In this document: in pieces, positions 19,889 through 29,932 of the stretch
How positions within the stretch are numbered: position 1 is the stretch's first letter
Layout: the number at the start of each line of letters is the position of its first letter
From: Candidatus Binatus sp.
GTDB taxonomy: Bacteria; Desulfobacterota; Binatia; Binatales; Binataceae
Reading direction: 5' to 3'
Assembly: GCF_036567905.1 (NCBI RefSeq)
Contig: NZ_DATCTO010000044.1
Coordinates: 16,916-80,915 of the forward strand
Length of the DNA: 64,000 nucleotides
Notes under the pieces: generated by a model
Seen by the model: the letters and a program-made list of their open reading frames with translations, nothing else
What the model was told of the DNA's origin: nothing
Database searches by the model: none
Program-made: the position numbers and the translations under genes

Positions 19889-21310
19889 ATGTCGATGCCA
19901 TTTCAGGAACTACTCGAATTCGATGTAGCTACTCTGTCCGGCAAGCTGCGCGCGCGCGACATTTCACCGGTCGAGCTGACCGAGGCGTATCTCGGCCGAA
20001 TCGAACAGACCGACGGATCGCTGCGCGCCTATATCACCGTCACCGATACGATCGCGCGCAAGGCGGCGAAAAAAGCCGAGGCCGAAATCGCCGCCGGAAA
20101 ATGGCGGGGGCCATTCCATGGCGTTCCGATCGCGCTCAAGGATCTGGTGTACACGAGCCGGATTCGCACCACCGGCGGCTCGAAGATCCTCGCCGATTTC
20201 AAACCCGATCACGACGCGACCGTGTGGACGCGCCTCAAGCGCGCCGGCGCCGTGCTGCTCGGCAAACTCAACCAGCACGAGTTCGCTTACGGGATCACGT
20301 CGTCGAATCCGCACTGGGGAATCGTCCGTAATCCCTACGCGCTCGACCGAATCCCCGGCGGCTCGAGCGGCGGCTCGGCCGCTGCGATCGCCGCGCGCAG
20401 CGCCGCCGCCACCATCGGCACCGACACCGGCGGCTCGATTCGGATTCCCGCCGCGCTTTGCGGATGCGTCGGGCTGAAGCCGACCTGGAGCCGCGTCAGC
20501 CGCTACGGCGTCATCCCGCTGGCCTACACGCTCGATCACGTCGGCCCGATCACGCGCACGGTTCGCGACGCCGCGATGATGCTGCAGATAATCGCGGGCG
20601 CCGACCGCAACGATTCCACCGCCAGCCGCCAGCCGGTGCCCGATTTCTCAGCCGGTCTCGACGGCCAGATCTCCGGCATGCGCATCGGCGTGATTCGCGA
20701 ACTTAACGACGGCCTGAGCGACGATGTCGCGCACTCGTTCAACGCCGCGCTCGAGACGCTGCGATCGCTCGGCGCGACCGTTGACCACGTGACGATTCCC
20801 TCGCTCCCGGCGGCCGGCATCATGAACGGCGTCATCACCTGGGCCGAGGCGCTCGAAATTCACGAAGAGTGGATGCGCACCCGTCCCCAGGACTACGGCG
20901 ACGACGTTCGCCGCATACTCGAGATCGGAATGATGACGACCGCCACCAGTTACATCCGCGCCCAGCGCGCCCGTGCGCGCACGCTGGCCGAGTCGATCGC
21001 GGTGCTGGCCGATCACGACGCGCTGGTCGCACCGGCCAGCGCGATCGTGGCGCCCAAAATCGGCACTACTCAAATCCTGGAAGCGCGCGAAGACCGGGTG
21101 GATGTCGTCGCGGCGATCCTGCGCTTCACGCAGCCTTTCAATTCGACCGGTCAACCCGCAATAGCTGTTCCCACCGGTCTTTCGCCTGACGGACTGCCGA
21201 TTGCGATGCAGGTAATCGGCCGTCCGTTCGGAGAGCCGGAAATAATTCGCGTGGCCGCCGCTTATGAGAGAGCGCGCGGCGCGCTCCCACCACCGCCGGA
21301 GATTGCGTAG
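19889..21310 (+). CDS. Amidase-signature family enzyme (GatA/AtzE-like)
   Basis: 473 aa with GGSSGGSAAAIAA and GTDTGGSIRIPAA amidase-signature motifs, and the catalytic Lys region PIALKD. Confidence 0.9.
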   Translation: MSMPFQELLEFDVATLSGKLRARDISPVELTEAYLGRIEQTDGSLRAYITVTDTIARKAAKKAEAEIAAGKWRGPFHGVPIALKDLVYTSRIRTTGGSKILADFKPDHDATVWTRLKRAGAVLLGKLNQHEFAYGITSSNPHWGIVRNPYALDRIPGGSSGGSAAAIAARSAAATIGTDTGGSIRIPAALCGCVGLKPTWSRVSRYGVIPLAYTLDHVGPITRTVRDAAMMLQIIAGADRNDSTASRQPVPDFSAGLDGQISGMRIGVIRELNDGLSDDVAHSFNAALETLRSLGATVDHVTIPSLPAAGIMNGVITWAEALEIHEEWMRTRPQDYGDDVRRILEIGMMTTATSYIRAQRARARTLAESIAVLADHDALVAPASAIVAPKIGTTQILEAREDRVDVVAAILRFTQPFNSTGQPAIAVPTGLSPDGLPIAMQVIGRPFGEPEIIRVAAAYERARGALPPPPEIA

Positions 21311-21360
21311 CAGAGCGCAAGGATTTCAGTATTCCACTATTTCACTGGCTCGCGCCGCGA

Positions 21361-22332
21361 TTACAGTTCGAGATCGACCATCACGAAATCGTGATCGGAG
21401 GCGCGGCGCATCAAAATCGGAGACCGCGGCGCGACGACCGCCGCGGTGCCCGCGATCGGACGAAGCTCGCGGACTGCGAGCCAATCAAGTTTTGGCCTCA
21501 TCGATCGCGGAATCAGGCCGGAAAAAGTGAAAGTCGCGCGATTGGCCACGTTGACGCCCTCGATCTCGAGTCCGCGCTCTCGTAGATGATCGAACAAGGG
21601 CTCGTATCCCTCAGGCGCGCGGAACCTGTCGGGATTGGCGAGCATCTGCCGCGCCGTTGCCAATATCAATGCCCGGCTCGATAGCTCAGTGGTCGTCGTA
21701 TTCAGGTCGCCGCCGAAAATCGCGCGGCCTGCCGCCGGGAATGATTCCAGGTAAGTCGCCATCTGGCGCCCGCGCTCGGCGGGCGTGCAGCGGCTGTGCA
21801 GATGCGCGAGGCCGACGGTTAACTCCTCGCCGCCGAATTTCGCTCTGGTGACCAATCCCGTCGGCGTGCCCACCCGCGACCAGCGCCGCATGCGCATCGG
21901 CCACGCCATGGGAGTGGGCGGCTTGTGCATCGCGACGGCGGCCACGTCCTCGAACGGCGCGGCGCTCAGGATCGCATTACCCATGTACGAGACGATTTCG
22001 CTTTCGCTCCCCGGGGGTCTCAGACCGAACTCGCGAGCATACGCGCAGCTCATCTCGAGCGCCTCGGCGAGTTCCGTCGCAAGGTCACGGCCTGGCCTGC
22101 GCTTCATTCCCGTATTGACCTCGCATAGCAGAATCACATCGGCGCTCTGGAGCGGCGGACGCCTGAGACATGCCAGGATTTCGCGGACCTTTCGCCCGCC
22201 AGCCGCGTTGAGCAGCACAACTCGCAGCCGCGCATCCGGCCGGCGCCGCGCCGCACGGTTCACGACGATTGGCGGGAAATACGGCGTCGGTTTTGCGCCA
22301 GCCGCGGTAAGGTCGCGCACGTCGCGGTCCAT
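21361..22332 (-). CDS. Endonuclease/exonuclease/phosphatase (EEP) family protein
   Basis: 323 aa from the ATG at 22332 (MDRDVRDL). LLCEV near the N-terminus, GGDLNT, and C-terminal SDHDFVMVDLEL. The upstream 275 aa of the 598-aa track ORF overlap the next gene out of frame and were trimmed. Confidence 0.75.
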   Translation of the reverse strand: MDRDVRDLTAAGAKPTPYFPPIVVNRAARRRPDARLRVVLLNAAGGRKVREILACLRRPPLQSADVILLCEVNTGMKRRPGRDLATELAEALEMSCAYAREFGLRPPGSESEIVSYMGNAILSAAPFEDVAAVAMHKPPTPMAWPMRMRRWSRVGTPTGLVTRAKFGGEELTVGLAHLHSRCTPAERGRQMATYLESFPAAGRAIFGGDLNTTTTELSSRALILATARQMLANPDRFRAPEGYEPLFDHLRERGLEIEGVNVANRATFTFSGLIPRSMRPKLDWLAVRELRPIAGTAAVVAPRSPILMRRASDHDFVMVDLEL

Positions 22333-22340
22333 CACCCGAG

Positions 22341-24440
<2,100 letters not shown>

Positions 24441-24498
24441 GTATCTCGCTTCATCCTATCTCCCTCGCCGCGCGCTGTCATTCCGAGCAAGTCACCGT

Positions 24499-26298
24499 AT
24501 GGCAGAGCAACGCGCGCGCCAGTTACAATTCGCTGCTATGACCTCCGATTGCGCATCACGCGACTCCGCCGCATCGCAGCACGCCGCCGGCAACGACAAC
24601 GATTCGCGCTTTCGCCTGCGCGCCGGATGCGTCCTGATTCTCGCCGCGATTCTCTTCTTCGCCCGCCTGGGTGCGCGAGCGCTGTGGTCCTCGGAATTCC
24701 GATGGGCCGAAATCGCGCGCGAGATGCTGGTGACGCACAACTACTTCTGGCCGACGATCAACGGTCACGTTTATTACGACAAGCCGCTCGGCTCCTATTG
24801 GCTCGTAATTTTTTCCACACCGTTCACCGGCGGCCTCAACGAGGCTGCCACGCGCCTGCCCTGCGCGATAGCCGGCCTGCTGGCAGTGGCGATACTGATG
24901 CTGCTGGTGCGACGCCTCTACGACGCTCGCACCGCGATCCTTGGCGGCGTCATCCTCGCGACCAGCTTCAGCTTCGTATTCTTTTCGCGCAACGCCAGCG
25001 CCGACGTCGAAACGCTCACCGGCGAGCTGGCCGCACTGCTGCTCTTCAATCACTACGAAGAGCGCGGCGGCGGATTGTGGGTCGTGGGCCTATGGCTGAT
25101 CATGGCGGCGACTTCGCTCACCAAAGGTCTGCTCGGATTCGCGCTGCCGCTATTGGTGATCGGAGTGTATGCATGCCTGCGCGACGGAGTTGTCCCGTTT
25201 TTTCAGGCGATTATCCGTGGCCCTCTGATCGATCGGATACGATGGCTGGTCGAGCGCAATCGATGGTTCTTCAACTGGTACACGGTCGCCGCCGTCGCGC
25301 TGGGCGCGCTGGTTTACGGGCTGCCCTTCCAAATCTCGTCGCGCCTGATGGGCTCGGAAAAGGGCCTCAGGATGGTGTATCGCGAGAACGTGGTGCGGTT
25401 TTTCCACCCGTTCGATCATCGCGGACCTATCTACTTATATGTCTACGTTATCTTCGCGCTGATGGCTCCGTGGTCGGCGCTGTTGCCCGCGGCCCTGGTG
25501 GAAACGCACAGCCTGCGCCGCGGCGGCGCCGAGCCTGCTCGCGCGGATCGATTTGCGTTGGTTTATTTCTGGGCGACGTTCATATTTTTCACTGTCTCGG
25601 GATCGCGCCGCAGCTACTACATCCTGCCGATTCTGCCCGCCGCCGCGATCCTGGTCGCCAGAACGCTCGCGTATCCCAGCGAAAGCGAATTACGCTCGAT
25701 GATCGCCCGCCGACTGCTGACTGTCGGCTACGCGATCGTCGCGTTGACCGCGGTCGCCGGCATCGTTCTGCTGATTCCCGCCCGGGCGATTCTCCCGAGT
25801 CCCTACGATGCGTTCCCGCCACTGCCCGCCAAGCTCGCCTTCATCGTGTTCTGGGTCGTATCAGTCGCCGCCGTCGCGTACGCGACTGGCAAATTCAGCC
25901 CCTATCGCGTGGCAATATCGGTGGGCACGATCGCGTATCTTGCGATGGTCTATATCTTTATCTTCGCGATACCTGCGGCGGAGGCTTATCGCGGTGAAAA
26001 GCCCTTCGGCTACGCAGTCCTGAACAAGATTGGCGGTTCGACCGACCGGCTCGTGCTGTTCAAGACCGAGGGGCCGCTGTTCTATCTCAATCCGCCAAAG
26101 CCAATCGCCGAGTTCAATAAGCAGCAGGATTTGCAGGATGCGATCGCCAAGGGGAGCGCCCGCTGGATGATTGTTCGGCGGCGCGATATGCCCAAGCTCG
26201 ACACTCTCACCACCGTCGAGCTTGGCGAGGCGTCATATCCGTGGGAGACCGACTACAATTACCGAAATAAAGTGCTGCTCGTCCGGCTCGGCAAGTAA
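24499..26298 (+). CDS. Glycosyltransferase family 39 (ArnT/PMT-like) membrane protein
   Basis: Polytopic protein. The N-terminal loop (LWSSEFRWAEIAREMLVTHNYFWPTINGHVYYDKPLGSYW) is typical of ArnT-like GT-C enzymes. The start is uncertain (24499 or 24538). Confidence 0.8.
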   Translation: MAEQRARQLQFAAMTSDCASRDSAASQHAAGNDNDSRFRLRAGCVLILAAILFFARLGARALWSSEFRWAEIAREMLVTHNYFWPTINGHVYYDKPLGSYWLVIFSTPFTGGLNEAATRLPCAIAGLLAVAILMLLVRRLYDARTAILGGVILATSFSFVFFSRNASADVETLTGELAALLLFNHYEERGGGLWVVGLWLIMAATSLTKGLLGFALPLLVIGVYACLRDGVVPFFQAIIRGPLIDRIRWLVERNRWFFNWYTVAAVALGALVYGLPFQISSRLMGSEKGLRMVYRENVVRFFHPFDHRGPIYLYVYVIFALMAPWSALLPAALVETHSLRRGGAEPARADRFALVYFWATFIFFTVSGSRRSYYILPILPAAAILVARTLAYPSESELRSMIARRLLTVGYAIVALTAVAGIVLLIPARAILPSPYDAFPPLPAKLAFIVFWVVSVAAVAYATGKFSPYRVAISVGTIAYLAMVYIFIFAIPAAEAYRGEKPFGYAVLNKIGGSTDRLVLFKTEGPLFYLNPPKPIAEFNKQQDLQDAIAKGSARWMIVRRRDMPKLDTLTTVELGEASYPWETDYNYRNKVLLVRLGK

Positions 26299-26322
26299 CG
26301 CCTGCGATTAGTACGTTGCCGA

Positions 26323-26376
26323 CGACGGACGCAGGAGCGTCCGTCGAGATTCTTCGCCGCAGCGGCTCAGAATGAC
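26323..26376. repeat. Hairpin plus reverse copy of the GTCATYCYGAGC-type repeat
   Basis: 10-bp stem CGACGGACGC / GCGTCCGTCG (26323-26346) abuts GAGATTCTTCGCCGCAGCGGCTCAGAATGAC. This is the same arrangement as in the composite element at 53067-53179. Confidence 0.5.
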
Positions 26377-26406
26377 CCGATCGGTCGCTCACTTTCCCCT
26401 AACCCC

Positions 26407-26504
26407 TTCTAACAGGGCGAAGCCCGCATCTTCTCTTTTCACTTTTCACTGGGTGCAGGGGGCACCCCTGCCCAAGGATGTGTGAAACCCACGGCGGGTT
26501 TCAC
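26407..26504 (-). repeat. About 100-nt three-hairpin modular repeat, copy A
   Basis: TTCTAACAGGGCGAAGCCCGCATCTT ... GCAGGGG-GCA-CCCCTGC ... GTGAAACCC-ACGGC-GGGTTTCAC. It aligns over its whole length with 50585-50679 and starts about 40 nt after the dnaN stop. Confidence 0.7.
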
Positions 26505-26542
26505 GTTCAATTAAGTGGATTTTTCTTCCGCGCGAGTGCCGG

Positions 26543-27685
26543 TCACAATCGCATCGGCATGACGACGTACGTGTACCGCTGATCCGACTCCGTCCTGATG
26601 ACGCCCGGGCTGACGTCATCGCTGAGCCCCAGCTCCACGGTCGAATCGTTACCCGGCGCAATTACGCCCAGCACGTCCTGCACGTATGCGGCATTGAACC
26701 CGATCGCGAATTCTTCGCTCTTGAAATCGACGTCAAGCGACTCGCTTGCTTCGCCCGTTTCCGGACTGGTCGATGAAACGGTCAGCGTCCCGGCCGATAG
26801 CGCGAATTTGACCCCGTGATAACGCTCGCTCGAAAAAATTGCCGCGCGCTTGATTGCGGCGAACAGCAAATCCCGCTTGACCATAATCTTGTACCTCGAC
26901 TGCTTGGGGATTACGCCGCGGTAATCGGGGAACTCGCCCTCGACCAGCCGCATCGAGATTTCGGTCGCGCCACGCTTGAGGTATGCGAGCTGACCTTCGA
27001 GGTTCAAGCGCACTTCGGCGTCGCCACCCTCATCGAGAATTTTGCGCAGCTCCGAGAGTCCCTTTCGCGGAATGATCGCGCCGGCCTCCATCCTGAATCC
27101 CGGCACTTCGCGCTCGATCATCGCCAGCCGATGGCCGTCCGTTGCGACCATCCGCGCCGATCCGGGAGCGTTGCATTCAACGAACACGCCGCTCAAATTG
27201 TAGCGGGCTTCATCCGGACTGACCGCGAAGATCGTCTTGTCGATCATCCCGGCCAGCACGGCAGCCGGAATCGTCAATTCAGTCTTCAGTTGTTTCTTGG
27301 CCGGCGCTGAATCCTTGCCGGCGCTCTGACTTGGCATGGCAGGGAAGCTGCGCGGGTCCAGGCCCATCATTTTGAACTTCGCCCGGCCGCACTTGAGCTC
27401 GACCCAATCGCCGTCGAGCGAGGTCAGCGCGACTTCATCGCCTTCGGTCTCGCGCACGATTTCGAAAAGCTTGCGCGCGTTGAGCGTGAGGCTTTTTTCC
27501 TTGCCGGAACACGCGACCTGCGTGCGAATTCCGACTTCGAGGTCGGTGGCGCTCAAAGTCAGCGTATTTCCGTTGGGTTCGATCAGGACATGGCCGAGTA
27601 TCGGAACCGTCGTGCGCCGTTCCACGATGCCCTGCACGAGTCCCAAACCGGTAAGCAGCGAAGCGCGCTCGATGGAGAGTCCCAT
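26543..27685 (-). CDS. dnaN: DNA polymerase III beta sliding clamp
   Basis: 380 aa. The N-terminus (IERASLLTGLGLVQGIVERRTTVPILGHVLIE), the length and the position downstream of dnaA all fit. Confidence 0.95.
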   Translation of the reverse strand: MGLSIERASLLTGLGLVQGIVERRTTVPILGHVLIEPNGNTLTLSATDLEVGIRTQVACSGKEKSLTLNARKLFEIVRETEGDEVALTSLDGDWVELKCGRAKFKMMGLDPRSFPAMPSQSAGKDSAPAKKQLKTELTIPAAVLAGMIDKTIFAVSPDEARYNLSGVFVECNAPGSARMVATDGHRLAMIEREVPGFRMEAGAIIPRKGLSELRKILDEGGDAEVRLNLEGQLAYLKRGATEISMRLVEGEFPDYRGVIPKQSRYKIMVKRDLLFAAIKRAAIFSSERYHGVKFALSAGTLTVSSTSPETGEASESLDVDFKSEEFAIGFNAAYVQDVLGVIAPGNDSTVELGLSDDVSPGVIRTESDQRYTYVVMPMRL

Positions 27686-27699
27686 GAATTGTTAGCCCG

Positions 27700-27762
27700 T
27701 CTCCTATTCCTAGATCTTAGATCTTTAAAAGAAAATAGCAGTAATAGTAGGAGTTGTGGATT
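27700..27762. promoter_or_regulatory. Candidate oriC core: AT-rich unwinding region, DnaA-trio-like repeats and a DnaA box
   Basis: TAGATCTTAGATCTTTAAAAGAAAA (AT-rich, with GATC sites), then TAG CAG TAA TAG TAG GAG (27736-27753, central A invariant), then TTGTGGATT (27754-27762, 7/9 to TGTGGATAA-type). Confidence 0.55.
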
Positions 27763-27840
27763 TGTTGATTGATCGCGCAAGCGCCCGGAAATGAAAGCCG
27801 AACGATCGCTGAAAAGCTGTCAGCAGAAAAGCGGCTGACC

Positions 27841-27873
27841 GACAGGGCCGGCCTGGCGCGCACCGGCCCTGTC
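27841..27873 (-). terminator. Hairpin downstream of dnaA
   Basis: 11-bp stem GACAGGGCCGG / CCGGCCCTGTC, followed on the minus strand by a weakly T-rich stretch (GCCGCTTTTCTG). Confidence 0.4.
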
Positions 27874-27888
27874 GATATCGATAGCCTT

Positions 27889-27897
27889 ATGCCCACC
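27889..27897 (+). promoter_or_regulatory. DnaA box (8/9 match)
   Basis: TCATCCACA versus the consensus TTATCCACA, in the dnaA-dnaN intergenic region. Confidence 0.5.
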
Positions 27898-27923
27898 TCA
27901 TCCACAACCTTCGCCACATCGAT

Positions 27924-29336
27924 TCACGCGGCATTGGCGCGAATCGATTTAAGCTCGCGCTCGATTTTCTCGATCGAGAGCCGGAATGCCGGATCGCTGG
28001 TGACGCGCCGCATGATCAGATTGTGCGCGTGAATCACCGTTGAATGGTCGCGCCCAAAATGCTCGCCGATCGTCGGAAACGAGCTGTCGGTCAGCCTGCG
28101 GCAGAGATACATCGCTACTTGACGGCAAAACGCGATGTGCTGGGTGCGCTTTTTCGACTTCAAATCCGTCAGCCGGATATGGAAAAAATCCGCAACCGTC
28201 TTCTGGATCGATTCGACGTCGGGCTTCGCGTCGGGACTTCGAATCAGATCCTGCAGCGCCTGCCGCGCGAAGTCCACGGTGATTGCTGATTGGTTGATCG
28301 AGGCCAGCGCCGCCAGCCGCGTCAGGCATCCCTCGAGCTCGCGCACGTTCGACGAGACGCTCTGCGCGATATACATCGCGACTTCCGGCGCCATCCGCAG
28401 ATTATCGTGCACCGCCTTTTTCTGCACGATCGCCACCCGCGTCTCGAGGTCGGGTGGGGCGATGTCCGCGATCAATCCCGACTCGAACCGATTGCGCAGC
28501 CGATCCTCGAGCCCGGGGATTTCGCGGGGAACTTTGTCCGAGGTCAGGATGATCTGATGCCGCTCGGCGTGAAGCGCGTTGAAAGTATGGAAGAATTCCT
28601 CCTGGGTGCGCTCGCGGCCGGCCAGGAACTGCACGTCGTCGAGGATCAACGTATCGACCCGGCGAAATTTCTCGCGGAACTCGTCCATCTTGTCGCGCCG
28701 CAGCGAATTGATCATCTCGTTCATGAAAATTTCGGCCGGCATGAACAGCACTTTCCTCGGCCGATCGCCGCTGGCCCAGATATGGTGCCCGATGGCGGTC
28801 ACCAGGTGAGTCTTGCCCAGTCCCACCCCGCCATAAATAAACAGCGGATTGTATTTCTCGCCCGGCTGGTTGGCGACCGCCTGCGCCGCGGCATGCGCGA
28901 ACTGATTGGCCGATCCGACCACGAACTCCGCGAAACTGTAGCGCGGGTTCAGGCACGGATGCCGATCTCCACGCGGCGCGGCTGCCGCAGTCGCTCGATT
29001 CGCCGCGGTCGCCTTGCCGTTACCATTGCCATGCCCGTTGGCATGGCCACTGGCATGGCCATTGGCTGGGCGTTGCTGCGGCGTCGGCACGGCAGCATTT
29101 TCGCCGAGAGTCAGCCGCACCTGCATTTCCTCGCCTGCCTCGGCCGACAGCGCTGAGCGCATCAGGCTCAGGTAACGTTCGTTGATCCAATCGCGGAAAA
29201 ACCGATTGGGCGCCTCGATTGTGACGGTCGATCCTTGATGAGCGACAAAATTGAGAGGTCCAATCCACGTCTCATAGCCGACCTGACCGAGCTCATCGCG
29301 GATGCGGTCAGAGGCCCTTTGCCACAAACCATTCAT
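27924..29336 (-). CDS. dnaA: Chromosomal replication initiator protein DnaA
   Basis: Walker A [10 protein letters not shown], plus [24 protein letters not shown]-type box VII and a C-terminal DNA-binding region ([28 protein letters not shown]). Start placed at the ATG at 29336 ([14 protein letters not shown] RBS); the track start 29372 is possible. Confidence 0.95.
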   Translation of the reverse strand: [470 protein letters not shown]

Positions 29337-29422
29337 ATCGTTTCCCCCTGGCAAACCCGGACTGCCCGCCATGCTCCGGGACTAGCGCGCGGAATCAAAT
29401 GCCACGCGAATTACGCACAAGC

Positions 29423-29442
29423 TTATCCACATCTGTGGATAA
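29423..29442. promoter_or_regulatory. Two perfect consensus DnaA boxes in inverted orientation
   Basis: TTATCCACA (29423-29431), TC, then TGTGGATAA (29434-29442). They are part of the 22-nt perfect palindrome CTTATCCACATCTGTGGATAAG, about 90 nt upstream of dnaA. Confidence 0.8.
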
Positions 29443-29932
29443 GCCCCATTTCCCTTTTTGCAGCCGACAATTTGACCGCGCTGCACGCCGGACTATCAAC
29501 TTGTCCGGGTTACGATCGGTTCTGTTGGGCTTAAAAGTCTGATCGAGAATGCGAGCGATATACACGCGCTTCAATGTCATATTCAACGCGCCGCAAATGA
29601 ACCCTTGAGCGGAAAATGGTTCTTCAAAACAGGAAGTGTGCGGCCAAGTGAACGTGATAAACTTATTTCGCGGTGAGGACAAGCGCGGAAAAAATTTTGC
29701 CGCTATGCGGGCGGATTGAAAAGGAAATTTCGCGTGCGAGTGATCGCGCGCCGCGCGCGCAAAATTTCGCGCCGATCCTGCGATCGCGCAACTCCGCTCT
29801 GGAAGCCGTCACGCGCGATCTCAATTTTTCGCATCGCGGCGCAATTCGGTCCTGTTCTGACGCGTGCAATCGAATTTTTCTTCGCGATCGAAAAATTGTT
29901 TTTGATCGCTCCGGATCTTCAGGAGAATTGCG

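Noticed and set aside
29395-29682. 95-aa minus-strand ORF, and 29673..29958 plus-strand ORFs, in the dnaA-hemL spacer.
   Set aside because: They lie in the AT-rich regulatory or origin-like spacer containing the DnaA boxes. There is no RBS and the composition is atypical of this genome's proteins. They are most likely non-coding.
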